Part shown: positions 12,127 through 26,189 of the stretch, piece after piece | Numbering within the stretch: position 1 is the stretch's first letter | Layout: each line of letters opens with the position of its first letter | Assembly: GCF_006345805.1 (NCBI RefSeq) | Contig: NC_042999.1 | Span: 165,044,001-165,108,000 of the forward strand | Origin: Octopus sinensis | Lineage: Eukaryota | Reading direction: 5' to 3' | DNA length: 64,000 nucleotides | Program-made: the position numbers and the translations under genes | Notes under the pieces: model-generated | Seen by the model: the letters and a program-made list of their open reading frames with translations, nothing else | Told to the model about the DNA's origin: nothing | Database searches by the model: none

Positions 12127-13107
12127 CAAACAAACAAGCAAACAAACACATGAGTGTGAATATTTGATGCCATATTTTATCAGTCGGGAATTGCTTTGTG
12201 GCCAAGATGTCTACTGATTTAACAGCTACGAGATTTAAGGATGAACTTGGAGAGAAAAATAAATATTAATATTTGCAATATTAAGCGTGATCGTCTAGCT
12301 TCAGTGCAACCTTTGCATCAGGTTTTAAATGCAGGATGAAATCCGGATTGAGACAACATCTAAGTAATTGGTACCGTTGTCATTCTCTTCTGTAAGCTTT
12401 GTCTATTCCAGCTGCATTGTATTTTCATTAGGAATTGAAAAGGAAAGTCGTCCTTTTGACATGAGCAATATAAAGTCAGAAATTATTAAACAAACTCACA
12501 GATACACAACCACACGCCTGACACACACACACACACATCCGTCTATACATATTTTCACACATATATATGTATCTATGAGTATGTGTGTGTGTGTTTATGT
12601 GTGTGTGTGTACTCATACACAACACACTCAATGATGCACACTCACACTCACGCACATACACACACGTACGCACGCACACGCACGCACGCACATACATATA
12701 TACAGTTAAAACAGTCGGCATATAAAAATATTGATTTATCTCGGAATCCATTTTGACATTTGATAGTAAAGATATTAAGATATTAAATACATGTTAAATT
12801 ATTTATAACAAAGACTGATAAACGATGAAAAGGTCTTGCATACGTATTCTGATAGGATATCTGTAATGACATATGCTTAAATACAGAAAATTATAAGGAT
12901 TGTCTCGTGGATTTTATTACAATTTCGACCAGAGAACGAAAGTTTTCTCCCATCGCTTCCCCTTCATTGTATTTTAGCTTGTTATTTTTTTTACCTCAAC
13001 CAAAAATCATTTTCGTGTGGGTTTTGTATTGGTTGCAGTGTTAGATTTATTTTATCTAAACTATTGAAGTACGGTGTCATTATCCATCCGCCTACCGTCT
13101 CCACTCA

Positions 13108-13357
13108 TTAAACAACCCTCATTCAGGGACCTTTTGAGCGGGATGGGTTACTCGACCAGAAGAAAATTCTAACTGGGCCCCATCTGCAAGGTCATGCGCT
13201 GTTTATCTTGATATGAGATTACCATGTCGTGTACATATGGTTGTGATGCATGTGCCTGGTGCACCCTTATCAGATGGGTAGTCATGATGGGTATACTGGG
13301 CTTCGTATATTTACCCCAGTGTCACTTTGATGGCAAGCACTGCTCTCTCACTCAATA
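13108..13357 (+). repeat. Probable retroposon 3' end (unclassified)
   Basis: GC-richer block ending ...gcactgctctctcactcaataat with an (AAT)-like tail, directly upstream of a LINE fragment. Family not identified from sequence alone. Confidence 0.4.
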
Positions 13358-13365
13358 ATTATAAT

Positions 13366-13998
13366 TTGCAAAAACCTGGACTTGCCCCATGATAAAAACT
13401 GGTGGGAACACAAACCACCTCCAGTGCTTGAAAATGACCACATCTCACTCCTCTGGATCTTCACCAATCAAACTGACAGAAAGATAGATGCAAATAGGCC
13501 AGACATCATATTGAAAGACTTCAGACAAAAATTATGCCTCCTCATTGATATGACTGTTCCAATCGACATAAACGTATCTGTCAAGACCTACCAAAAACTG
13601 AGCAAGTGTAAAGATCTTGAAATAGAAATTAGCAAAATGTGGAACCTGAAGACTAAAACAATACCTATTGTCATAGGTGCCCTGGGAATGATAAAAAAAA
13701 GGGGCTGATTGTCACCTAGCTCAGATATCAGGAAACCCCAAAATGGCAGAAATCCAAAAGATAGTGCTCATGGGAACTGCCCATATCCTACGTAAGATAC
13801 TTCCTATGTAATCTCAAGTTTTAAAACTAACACAATTTTCTTATGGTTTCTTAAACATTCTCTAAAACAACACTCTGTACAAAACCAAATATATGACACC
13901 CTAGGCATAACACCAACGTGAACTTCTAACTTGTTGTCTCTTGAGGTCTCTGGGTGCGACTTGGAGCCAACTTGTACAAATGTAAAGCAAAAGTCACA
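13366..13998 (+). mobile_element. 3' fragment of R4/Dong-clade LINE (restriction-like endonuclease domain)
   Basis: WWEHKPPPVLENDHISLLW...ANRPDIILKD...LLIDMTVP...KDLEIEISKMWNLKT.TIPIVIGALG, then ...MGTAHILRKILSM in a shifted frame. Confidence 0.88.
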
Positions 13999-14070
13999 CA
14001 CAAAGCCTTGGCAAGGATTGTGGTGTTACGTCTCTCTGAGATGTTGAATGAGGAAAAAAAGAATGAGGGG

Positions 14071-14105
<35 letters not shown>

Positions 14106-14380
14106 TGAGAGAGGGAGATGAGAAAGAGGGAGAAAGAGAAAGACAGTATTGTTTCCAGTATAAGCAGAAAACATGGAAATTTGGGGAAGTGTGTTATTCG
14201 ATTAAATCGATCCCGGAACCGAAGTATTTTTTGTATTTTTCCATGAGCAGGATATCATTTTCAATGTATCACGTTTTAAAACTACAGGTTTTTATTTGAA
14301 GTAATTTGACTGTTATTTCTAGCAGGGTGAGGGTCTCATTTATAAATTCCTTCAGAAACTACAATATTTATGTTTTACAG

Positions 14381-14464
14381 GCATTGACAAATATGAATAC
14401 AGAATCTGTAAACTTAGAGACAGGCAAACTCACAAGCAGAATTGAAGCAGACCTGGCGAAGAAG
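14381..14464 (+). other. Candidate internal coding exon (84 nt, ALTNMNTESVNLETGKLTSRIEADLAKK)
   Basis: tgttttacag acceptor and AAG/gtacgt donor; length a multiple of 3; only one frame open. The acceptor lies in a locally duplicated block (similar to 14845-14925), so it may be fortuitous. Confidence 0.3.
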
Positions 14465-16308
14465 GTACGTCATTAATGAGATCGCGATTGGCGACAAAAG
14501 GCCTTTGATAAATCTGGCTGATTGACTTACTTACCGAACGATCAATGAAGCTATTGATTAGTAGTTAACTGGTTACATTGGTTTACTAACTGACCAATAA
14601 TAATAAATGAAAGAAGCGAAATAGAACTAGTATGTGTTTATTATTGGCACAATTACCCTCTCAAGAATCAACAAAATCTGTTTCAACACACGAGTTCATA
14701 TCAAGAAACTTGCAAGCAATATATAACTTATACAGCCCTGATCGAGCAAATCTATGATTCCAACCGTGGCCATCCTGTCCTTTTCTTTGTGCAGGAAATA
14801 TTTTCCAATGTTGTACTTTCTAAGACAGTTGGTTGGGATTTGAAGTAGCAGTTATTTCTAGCAGGGTGACCCACCACGAACATGTTCCCTCAGAAACTAC
14901 AATGAGTATGTTATGCAGGCATTATTGCACAATTGTTTTCTTTCGATTAGTAGAATTGTTAGAGCGTTGAACAAAATGCGTCGCCGTATCTTTTCTGCCT
15001 CCATATGTTCTGAATTCAAATCACACCCCAAGGTCAACTATGCCTCTCAACCTTCCATGCCAAAAACTAACAGTACTAGTCAAGTACAGGGTTCGATTTA
15101 ATCGATTAAACCCACTCCCTCAAGTGCTTCTTGTGTAATCAAATAATTTACGTACATACCTGCGTTCCCATGTTTCAGGGTAATCTGGAAACAAAATAAA
15201 ATAAAATTCAGTTCAAGACTTTTCGATATTTAATTCGAAGAATTTATTAGACTCTTGGCAATATCACGTTTCACGTTCCGTTTTCCTTGTATTATTTACA
15301 GAAAACTGATCTCTCTTATTGAAAACTTATTGGAAACATTATTTAGAGGAATCTGATCTCTCATATTGGAAATTGTTTACTCGATTAGAATTAGCAGCAA
15401 CGTGTTTGTGAGTCATCACCAGTTACTAGCCAACAAATATATAAATATATAACGGTTCAATCTCGTTTTTGAGAGTGAGTGTTGTAATCCCAAAGTCTCT
15501 GCTGTAAGGGTGGTAGTGATAGTAATGTTGATGATGATAATGAGCATCCTTATGATATTGATGATGATGGAAACACTGATGCTGAAAATGATTAGAGAAT
15601 GATGACAAAAATAATGTTGATTTGTTTACATAATGATTCTTTTGTTGCGAGGTTCGAGGTCAGCCCTGATCGAACAGATTTATGGCATATAGGTGACCTG
15701 TTGAAAGGCAAAACGCAACCCATAAATCCATTCTTACAGACATTCCATGTTTTATATTCTAATTTTATATATGTATTTTACATTTTATGCAGAAAGCATT
15801 TGCTTGACATTTCTTTTCCCCGAATTCCATTGGGCGTAATCTTCAAGGGAATGCGTTATAAACGCCTCGGAACTGTATGCCAATCTTTTAACGTAGTTAC
15901 TCCCACTGTGGACCGTACTTTTCATTTTTAAACACCAATTTCAAGACAACCTTCGCAGTGAATACATACCAACACATACACACACACAAGAGCGCACATT
16001 CACGCACACAGGCAGGCACACACACACACACACATACACACACACACACACACATACATACACGTACACACACATGTGCATATAAACACACTTACGTCTG
16101 TACATCTGTATGTGTGCATGTTTATATGTATATGAGTATATGCTCGAAACGTAAAAGCCTGGAAACGTAAAAAAGCCACCCTTTTTCTACCCCTACTGAG
16201 CGTCAAGCTGATACTTTCCATATGTACGTTCTTTTGTTGTTATTTGTTATTTTTAAGGTTCGATTATTAATCTTCAATTTTCAATGTTTGATTTGGCTAT
16301 ATATACAA

Positions 16309-16352
<44 letters not shown>

Positions 16353-16453
16353 AGTGTACGACAGAAAGAACACAACAAGGGGAAATCCAACAAACATCAA
16401 GATGTGGAAAAATAGACGATAAGATGTGGCCTTCGACTGCTTGGGGTATGCGG

Positions 16454-16650
16454 TGAGCAGTAAGAATCGCTAGCACGCCGGGCAAAATGCTTTGCGGCCT
16501 TTCCTCTGGCTCTAGATTCTGAGTTCAGATTCCGCCGAGGTCGATTTTGCCTTTCATCCTTTCGAGATCGATATACCAGTTGATTAGTGGAGTTGAATTC
16601 ACCACCCACTTCGTCAAATTTTCTGGCCTTGTGCCTATAGCAGAAAGGAT
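16454..16650 (+). mobile_element. tRNA-like SINE, family A (diverged)
   Basis: ctagcacgccgggcaaaatgc...ttctgagttcagattccgccgaggtcgattttgcctttcatcctttcg...ggccttgtgcct. Confidence 0.82.
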
Positions 16651-18529
16651 CATCTCATCATCATCACCACCACCATCATCATACTGATATGCTAGTTGTT
16701 ATTGAACATAGAGTAGAATTTATTTCTAGCAGATTAAGTGACGCTATTGAAACTGCCTCGTTGGCCCCTCTTTGTTATATGTTGAATTAAAGTGAATTTG
16801 TTGTTATTTTATTATTTTATAGCTCAAGGACTGCCTTAAGTTTGCAGAGCTATGCTACATAGTTTGTCGATCGAACAACTAGATGCGATCCAATGATCTG
16901 TTACATCAGACAGAATCAGATAATCCACATGTCAAACTGGAGTGGACCATATTATGCTCTTTGGTATGATGCAGTGCTTCACAATATAGGATACTGTTTT
17001 GCAAACTAAGCCTGTGTTTTTTGAGGCGGAGGTTTTTGGTTTCTTTTCAGCAGTTGACAAATCTGTTTTTGTATGTCTATAAGTTATTTCTGATGGTGAC
17101 TGCAGCAACATTAGAAATGTGTGATGAGTTCGGTTAGAAGATGTCTGCTATTGTTCCACGACTGACAAAAAGTGTAAACATCCTGTCACAGATTTTGGCA
17201 CTCAAGAGACTACTGATGCTATAACTACTTTTGTGTGCATCTACTTTATGTTTGTGGAGTAAGTAGAAGGAGTAATGGTCTTCAAGTATTCTGGATCATT
17301 TAGATGTTTCTAGACTAAATGGGAGGGACAATGTGTTTAGAATGTTATGTAAGTAGCATTAAGAGATATTGAAGACGCATCTGAATATTTCGTATTCATG
17401 GTGTATACTGTGACAAGGACTATCATTGTAGAAGTATGGTGCATCAATAGTAAGACGTTTTCCTCGGATGTCTAGGTGTCAGAATGTTGTCAGCTAAGTG
17501 GTTGTAAGTGTGATGTATGCATGATACATGATGATGCAAAGTATGTTGTTTTGTGTTCTGTGAGGATTGTTGAGATACTTTGTTGAAAGGTTGATGACAA
17601 AGACAGAACTAGTACAATCCATGTTAATTCTTACCTCCCAAATGGAGAATCGAATATGAATTTACATGTGATGTAAAATATTGTCCGCTGTAATGTTACG
17701 TTAAATTTGGGGTACTGTATTGTAGTGCTAAAGTGGAACACTATGTCAAGGGTTACTGATGATAATCAGAACAATGCCAAGGTAAGTAAAGGGGATAGAC
17801 ATAATTATGATGTCTCTCACCACAATATTTGAATTTGAACTCCTCGTAACAGTAGTCCTACGATAATTCCAAAACAGAACACTGCGAGGATACTAAAAGA
17901 GTACGTATATAGATAGCGATTTCCTACTCGCCGTCATCTCATATGGTCGCGTTACAATTGCCACAGAGCTTATCCAAAACAAGCAGCTCTCTCTTTATGA
18001 AAGCATAGCTAAATCAAAACTGTATCTAGCTTGCAGTTATTTGAGCTAGCCTCTTTTGTATCGGAATTTCATAAAATAAATGCCAGTACTATACTGGATG
18101 TCAAGGCGAATGACAATACTCTTTCCCTATAAACTTGTTGGCTTTAGGTAATTTTTTTAAAATCTTTAATTGCATTCTTCAACTTCATTGAATTTTAAAA
18201 TATAAAACACTGATGGATGAAAATCAAATTCTGATACAACATGGACTGCAACCCAGCAGAGAATAGGTGACCAGATCAATACCAACCTGGTATAGATTAA
18301 AAGGAAGTTACTCAATACGAAAAGTCAACATTCATTAGTATAAGCTGACTGTTTTATTGATTTCTGGTGATGGTCATTCTGGGCCACCGCCGTAACAAAA
18401 CTTAGAAAGACATTAGAGATAGCATAAGCAGCTGCTCAAAACGGATGGTCACTGTTGGAATTTCTCTCATCGTAGTTCTACCAGATCAAAGCTGACTTCC
18501 TGCTAAATGGCCAGAACAACAGTATCATT

Positions 18530-18780
<251 letters not shown>

Positions 18781-19199
18781 CAACACACACAGTTTTATGG
18801 TTTTATTCACTTTGCAGATGTCATTAAAGTATATTTAAGTAGTTTTTCTGCTAAGGAAATTTCCAGAGAAACACTAATCTAAAATCAACCGACACACGAT
18901 AACATCCGATCTATTATAAAATCTGGATAGAATCATAAAACCTGCTGAGTAGAAACGTCTTGTTGGCAACAATCAAAAGTGGTTTGTTGTTGTACTTATT
19001 GTTGTTGTTGCTGCTGCTGCTATTGCTGCTGTTTTTTTACTGTTGCTAGAAATGACTATGGTGGTATTGAAGTATTCTTCTTGTTGTTGATGTTGTTATT
19101 CTTGCTATAGATATTGCTGTAGTCTTATGCTAATACTATAGTGAATGTGATTGTAGTGAAGGTGCTGGACATAGGACACTTTGGCTGCCACCAATTCCA

Positions 19200-20434
19200 T
19201 TGTATTATTTTCATTATTTACATTATTTACATTATTTACATTCGACGGATATTTGTCCTCATCCTGTTTGTTGTTAACACAACGTTTCGGCTGATATACT
19301 CTCCAGCCTTCTCCAATTCCATCATAATACTTCCAGCAGACAAGGGAAATGCTACAGTAGTGATGAACAAGTCTGGCCACTCTGAAAAGTTGGCAAGTCT
19401 TATAAATGATGATAGCTACAGCAAAGAAAAGAAAGACACAACTCTGAAAACAGAGAGGAAGTTGTCACAGATCTTAATCAAGAACAAGGATCACTTTACA
19501 CCAATGAAATACAGGCAACTGACTCAACATCACAGTAAACTACCACACATGTACGCTCTCCCTAAGACTCACAAGGATCGTATTCCATTAAGACCTATAG
19601 TGAGCTGTAGAGTTTCAGCATGTCATCAACTGAGCCACTTCCTTGTGGATTGGATATAATCAGTCCATTAGCAGGAAAGTCAAAATCGTACGTGAAGAAT
19701 TCCACCCACTTCCCAGAATTGATCAAGGATACTCTCATTGAATCCAACCAGATAGTGAGTCTACATATGATAAACCTGTTCACCAAAGTCCCACTGGTGA
19801 AGCACTATCGGTGATACAAGAAAAACTAGTGACAGACACCCATCTAAAAGAATGCACTAGTATACTAATAAGAAACTTGATGGAAATTTTTACCTTCTGT
19901 GTAGAAACTACCTACTTCAGTATGGACACTGATATATATCGACAAGAGGAGGGTTTAGCTTTGGGGCCGCCATTATCACCGGTAATATCCAATATATACA
20001 TGGGATACTTTGAGAATTTGGCTTTAGGATCAACGCCACTAAAACCAACCCTATGGCTGCGATATGTTGATGACACCTTTATACTCTGGCCCCACCAGGA
20101 AGATGTCCAAGTGCTGTTAGATCATGTGAACTCAATAAAGCCACCCATACAGTTCACAATGAAAAAGGAAAAAGACAATCAGCTGTAATTCCTGGACGTA
20201 TTGATAACACGTACCAAGTATGGATTCAGGACATCCGTATACCGCAAGCCGAGCTTTACTGGACTATACCTCAGCTTCAATTCTCACCATCCATACAGTG
20301 TAAAGAGAGGGATTGCTCAGTGCCTAAAACATCGTGCAAAGAATATAAGTAGCGATCGTGAAACACACCACAAAGAAATGATCAAACTCAGTAACAATCT
20401 ATTAAGCAACAACTACCCCAAAAGTATATTATCC
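19200..20434 (+). mobile_element. Penelope/Poseidon-type PLE remnant: inverted pLTR piece (19200-19311) joined to a 5'-truncated RT (19312-20434)
   Basis: IILPADKGNATVVM, MYALPKTHK..IPLRPIVS, GLALGPPLSPVISNIYM, WLRYVDDTF, FLDV, VYRKP..TGLYL.FNSHHP, NNYP; several frameshifts/stops. Minus strand 19311-19281 reads GA A GGCTG-loop-CAGCC GAAA CGTT, a half HHR. The 3' part is interrupted by (AAT)n and LINE insertions. Confidence 0.88.
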
Positions 20435-20494
20435 ATAATAATAATAATAAAAATAATAATAATAATGATAATAATAATAATAATAATAATAATA

Positions 20495-20758
20495 AACTTG
20501 TTACACAAAACCTACGAAAAACTACTTTTTCAAAACCATTTAACACTAGAAATGAACGGACCGTCACCCTACGAAAGTGATGACCATGAATATAAAGAGC
20601 CGGACGTTATTCCTCATGTCCCGCAAATAAAATCAAAACAACAGTACTCTACTCACAGAACGAAAACACAACATATGCATATAAAATCTGGAAGAAAAAT
20701 AACCTAGATAAAGATTTGGATACAGCAATGAACCCTAATAAATCAACTAACATACGGA
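20495..20758 (+). mobile_element. Diverged, internally deleted 5'-ORF fragment of an R4/Dong-like LINE
   Basis: Homologous to 21181-21500 (NGPSPYESDD..PDVIPHVPQIK vs NGPVPYENDD..PDVVPHVPQLK; DLDTAMNPNK); bracketed by (TAA)n on both sides. Confidence 0.75.
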
Positions 20759-20771
20759 GATAATAATAATA

Positions 20772-20821
<50 letters not shown>

Positions 20822-20822
<1 letters not shown>

Positions 20823-23800
20823 GACACCGGGGACGTTTAAGAGGAGACACCGGGGACGTTTAAGATGTAAGAAGGAAAATACAGAGCTCCGAAATCTATC
20901 CACAAACATCGAAAACAAGGACACCCTATGGAGCCAAAGATTTACTAACAAAGAATTGGACTATATCCGAGTAAGTAATACTAATTGAAATTTATTACTA
21001 TTTTCGAAACGAAATGATGTATTTTGACTCGATATTATCTCCACCTCTAACACAACACATGTAAACATGCGTGGAACAACACGATCATCCCCGACCTCAA
21101 ACACCATGTACAAAGGAACTACGAAGAAATTAATACCACCGATACTATTCAACCCAAGAATAACAATCGAGCGGTACGTACATTAAACCTACAACAAAAA
21201 ATGTACGAAAAACTACACGTGCGAAATAATGTGACAACAGAAATAAACGGACCGGTACCCTACGAAAATGACGACCGTCAAAATAATGGGCCGGACGTTG
21301 TACCTCATGTCCCGCAATTAAAACCCAAAAGACGTAAATGGACACGTGAGGAATACATTTCTATCTTACACGCATACTTCACAGCAATGCTCTACCCACA
21401 AAATGAAAATACAACAACACATACATATAAAATATGGAAGGAAAATAATAGAGATATAGACTTGGATACAGCAATGAACCCTAATAAATTAGCTAACGTA
21501 CGAAGATACATTCTCAAAGCCAAAAAAATATCAGAAATAGAAATAGAACATTTAAAAGAAAAAATACACCAGGAAAATGTAGATAGAAGCCACACAACAA
21601 TGCCCAATAATATAAACACTGAAACTGTAAAACACGAAGACAAACGCAACATTCCCAACAAACACGATGTAAACAACGAAGGGGAGCCTAATGATTATGA
21701 TAATATAAAAAATAAAATAATCAAAGAACTGAAAACCACAGAGCCCAAAATGGACCACCGACCATACCTCCCAAGAATAAAAATAAACGCAATAACAACA
21801 CCAATTATAAACAACATAAACCTAGCCGTCACTGAACTAGCCACTGAAACAAAAAAAAGTGATATCACTGAACTAAATGACTTGATATACGCAGCAGCCA
21901 CTGCAGCCACAAAAGAAGCTGGATACTCACCCAAACCCGCCCAAACAGGAGTACCACCACCCAAATAAACCCTGTGGATAAATAACATCCAAAACAAAAT
22001 AAAAAAATTAGAAAAGACCTGTCGATTCTTAATGAAATCAGCAAACAAGCAACGCTACTGAGCAACAAAAAGAGAACAAAAATGCTCCGCAAATATAACA
22101 TCACAGAAAAAGATTTGCCGGAGATAAAAGAAAAGCTGAAGCAAGATATCCTTGCCAAAGCTCAAAGGATCCGCCGGTACGAGAAATGCCAACGCTTCTT
22201 TGAACAGAACAAAAAGTTCAACTCCGACCCCAAAAAGTTCTACCAAGAACTGGGCAAAAATAAAATAGAAGTCACTGCAGCACCAACGGCAGAAGAATTG
22301 GAAGAATTCTGGAGAGAAATATGGTCGGCGAACGAACAGCCAAAAAAAGGAGTATGAAAATAAGAAACTCGGCATCTGAACAACTTTGGACCCCCATAAC
22401 AACTGAAGAGGTCACCCAGGCACTGCAAAAACTAAGCAACTGGAAGGCACCTGGGCATGACAAGATCCCCAACTTCTAGTTGAAATATCTAACAGGAATG
22501 CACAAAAAGCTGGCTGAAAACTGTAACAGCATACTAGCAGAGCCAGAGACAATGCCTGAATGGCTCACGAAGGGGAAAACCATCTTAATTCCCAAATCAA
22601 ATGAAACAGCAAAACCAGAAAACTACAGACCAATAACCTGCCTCCCTACTATGTTCAAGGCATTTACTGCAGTGATATCGCAAAGGCTGAACAAGCACCT
22701 GGACGAAAACAAACTGTTCCCAGAAGAGCAGAAAGGATGCCGCAAGGGCTCATATGGCTGTAAAGATCAACTAATGATTAATAAAGCCGTAACTGAAGAC
22801 AGCCACAGAAAGAAGAAAGGCCTCAGTATGGCCTCAGTATGGCCTGGATTGACTACAAAAAGGCGTTTGATAGCATCCCCCACACATGGATCCTCGAAAC
22901 ACTAGCCATTAACAAAGTAGCACCAACAATCATAAAATTCATAGAGCACTCTATGAATAAATGGCAAACAGTCCTACACCTCCAAACAAAAGAGGGACTC
23001 ATGAAAACCAAAGACATCCCCATTAGAAGAGGAATATTCCAGGGAGACACGCTCTCTCCACTCCTTTTCTGCTTAGCACTGTCACCTCTATCTGATATGC
23101 TAAATAGAACTGGATGCGGATATAAATGTTACGGCAAAACGATCAGCCACCTTTTATATATGGATGACCTAAAACTATACGCTGCAAATGACAAACAGCT
23201 GGAAACACTATTAAAGACAGTTCATGGATTTACCAAAGAAATAGATATGAAATTTGGATTAGAAAAATGCGCCAAAGTAACCATGAAAAGAGGAAAACTA
23301 GTTAAGAGTAACAACATCACACTAGATAAAACCAATGAAATAAAAGAATTAGACCAAAGCCAAACTTACAAATACTTAGGAATCCATGAACTAGATAAGA
23401 CACAACACACACAAATGAAAGAGAAAATAAAAAAAGAATATTATAGACGAGTTAGATCAATACTAAACACAGAGCTCAATGCTAAAAACAAGATAATAGG
23501 TATCAACACTTTAGCTGTCCCAGTTATAAGTTACAGCTACAATATCCTTAACTGGACACGAAATGAACTGTCCAAAATAGATAGGAAAACAAGAAAAATA
23601 CTGACAGGATCTAGGATGCATCACCCAAAATCTGACATAGAAAGACTATATATACAACGTATAGAAGGTGGTAGAGGCCTTATACAGCTGGAAAACTACT
23701 ATAAAATAACCACCATAGGACTGCAAAAATATCTACTTCAGAAGGAAGGAAAACTGATCCAGATAGCAGCAAAACACGAGCAAAACAAAAAACTGTTCTC

Positions 23801-24795
23801 AGTATTTAAGGAAGCTGACAAATACAAACAAGAAATCATACCACCTAATAAACACGAAGAAGAAGAAGAAGATGATGAAGAAACAACAAAAGCTATAAAA
23901 CAAATGAAATCCAACTAAAAATAGAACAGCAACGAACCATGATAAAACGATGGCAAGAAAAGCCCCTTCATGGTAAATACTGCACTAAACTAAACGCAAA
24001 AGAAATAGACAAAGAAAAATCCCAGCAATGGTTGAGAAGCTCAGGACTCAAAGCAGAAACAGAGGGATTTTTAATTGCAGCACAAGACCAAAGCCTCCCC
24101 ACCAGAAATTACCAAAAACATGTAATGAAAAGAAATATTACAAGTAACTGCAGAATATGTGGAGATGGACAAGAAACAATAAATCATATTATCTCTAGCT
24201 GCCCAGTCCTGGCTAAGAAGGAATATATTCACAGACATAACAGAGTTGGAACCTACATACATTGGAAGCTATGCCAACATTATGGAATAACAACAGAAAA
24301 AAGATGGTATAGGCACACACCAGAAAAGGTCACAGAAAACGAGAAAGCAACCATACTCTGGGATATGCCGATACACACAGATAGAGAAATTAAGGCCAAC
24401 AGACCAGATATAGTTGTCAGAGATCATGAAGAAAAAAAATGCTTTCTAATTGATGTATCAATACCGGCAGATGACAACGTGTCTCTAACTCTCAAAATAC
24501 AAAGACCTGGAAATAGAGGTAACTAGAATGTGGAATCTGAAAACAGAAACAATTCCTATCATAGTAGGTGCATTAGGCATGATAAAAAAATATTCAGACA
24601 AATACATAACAAAAACACCAGGACTTACAAACACATATAACATACAGAAAATTGCACTACTAGGCACTGCACACATCCTACGCAGAACACTTTCCATACA
24701 ATAACCATCAGAGCATCACAACAAATCACAGCACATACCCAAGGCACACAGAGCACTCGGTAGTGAAGAGAAAGCACGCTATAAAAATAAAACTA

Positions 24796-24798
<3 letters not shown>
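20822..24798 (+). mobile_element. Near full-length R4/Dong-clade non-LTR retrotransposon (RT + CCHC + restriction-like endonuclease), inactivated
   Basis: NYRPITCLPT, WIDYKKAFDSIPH, GIFQGDTLSPLLF, YMDDLKLYA, YKYLG, CRICG..ETINHIISSC, NRPDIVV..LIDVSIP, KDLEIE..GALG..LLGTAHILRR. Stops, frameshifts and an 11-bp duplication (ggcctcagtat x2, ~22819-22840). (TAA)n at both ends. Confidence 0.93.
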
Positions 24799-24835
<37 letters not shown>

Positions 24836-24870
24836 TAATAATAATAATAATAATAATAGTAATAATAGTA

Positions 24871-24906
<36 letters not shown>

Positions 24907-24949
24907 GTAATAATAATAATAATAATAATTATAATAGTAATAATAATAA

Positions 24950-24996
<47 letters not shown>

Positions 24997-24997
<1 letters not shown>

Positions 24998-25490
24998 TAA
25001 ACAGACGGAATAAGATTGAATCTATCAACACCTGGGCGTTTTCACTCTTTAGCTATGGAGCAGGGGTAATCGCATGGACTGTAGATGAACTAAACAGCTT
25101 AGACAGAAAGACAAGGAAGTTGCTAACTAGATATGGGACACTCCACCCCAAAAAGTGACACAGGCAGACTGTATGTACCAACAAAAAGAGAGGGAAGAGG
25201 ACTTATTGGATGCGAACACAGCATTAGAGCAGAAGAAAGCAACATAGTATAATATGTAAAAAATGCCACAGAACCGCTATTATTAGAAGTAAGAAGACAT
25301 GTCTGTGTAGGATAAAAGATTGCAAAGATAAAGCACTGTACAAGCAATTGAAAACGAATGAAACTGAAAATAGGTGGGTAAAGAAAAGAATGCATGGTCA
25401 ATTTCATAGGGATGTTGAAGATATGACAGACAGAGAAAAGAGATGGCTGTGGATGACGAAAATGATTTAAAACCGGAAACGTTGTGCTAA
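24997..25490 (+). mobile_element. Internal fragment of another R4/Dong-like LINE subfamily
   Basis: LNRRNKIESINTWAFSLFSYGAGVIAWTVDELNSLDRKTRKLLT..HPKSD..RLYV...GRGLI, homologous to 23470-23700 but divergent. Confidence 0.82.
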
Positions 25491-25493
25491 CGA

Positions 25494-25534
<41 letters not shown>

Positions 25535-25544
25535 ATTAATAATA

Positions 25545-25897
25545 TCAAGAGCACTTAGAGAGTACAAACCTCCACCAAGGCAACACCAATGTCCTCTCAA
25601 CGACTAGCCAGAGATGATTTTTAAAATGAGAATATCTGAAATAAACTTGACTGCTCTCACAAACAAGAATACTAAAAATGAACCCCAACGCGCTCAAAAA
25701 TTAAGTGAAAAAAAAACCGAAAAATAATCCAGAATCCATGTCCGATACTGGATCAACCCCAAAATCTACTCAGTTACGAGGCCAAACATCCCTGAAAGTT
25801 TCATCCAAATCTATCCAGCGGTTCTTGAGATATCTTGTCCACAGACAACCAAACACGACTGAAAACAATACCTCCGCCTTCGCTGAGGCAGAGGTAA
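25545..25897 (+). mobile_element. HINE/Helentron-like non-autonomous rolling-circle element
   Basis: 5' subterminal motif acctccaccaagg (25568-25580) related to a 3' hairpin tacctccgcctt-cgct-gaggcagaggta (25869-25896); acagacaaccaaacac repeat-like tract before the hairpin. Confidence 0.6.
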
Positions 25898-25907
25898 TAA
25901 TAATAAT

Positions 25908-25957
<50 letters not shown>

Positions 25958-25989
25958 CGACGACGACGACGACGACGACGATGATGATA

Positions 25990-26034
<45 letters not shown>

Positions 26035-26060
26035 ATGATGATGATGATGATGATGATAAT
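25897..26060. repeat. Compound (AAT)/(AAC)/(GAC)/(GAT)n trinucleotide tract
   Basis: Direct reading. Confidence 0.93.
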
Positions 26061-26189
26061 AAAGATAATGATTTATTTGTCACCAAGGCGAAGGTTGAGG
26101 GGGGCAATACAAACAAAGATATAAAGTGAGGGGTTTTACATATGATGGAATGACAAAAAATTATACATGGTATACATTAGAAGGGAAAT

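Noticed and set aside
17727-17790. Possible exon ending at AAG/gtaagt (MSRVTDDNQNNAK)
   Set aside because: Short, adjacent to unidentified decayed sequence (16990-17700), and unsupported by anything else.
18267-18340. Peptide TWYRLKGSYSIRKV resembling a fibrinogen-domain C-terminus
   Set aside because: Upstream in-frame stop, purine-rich acceptor, and only a chance-level match.
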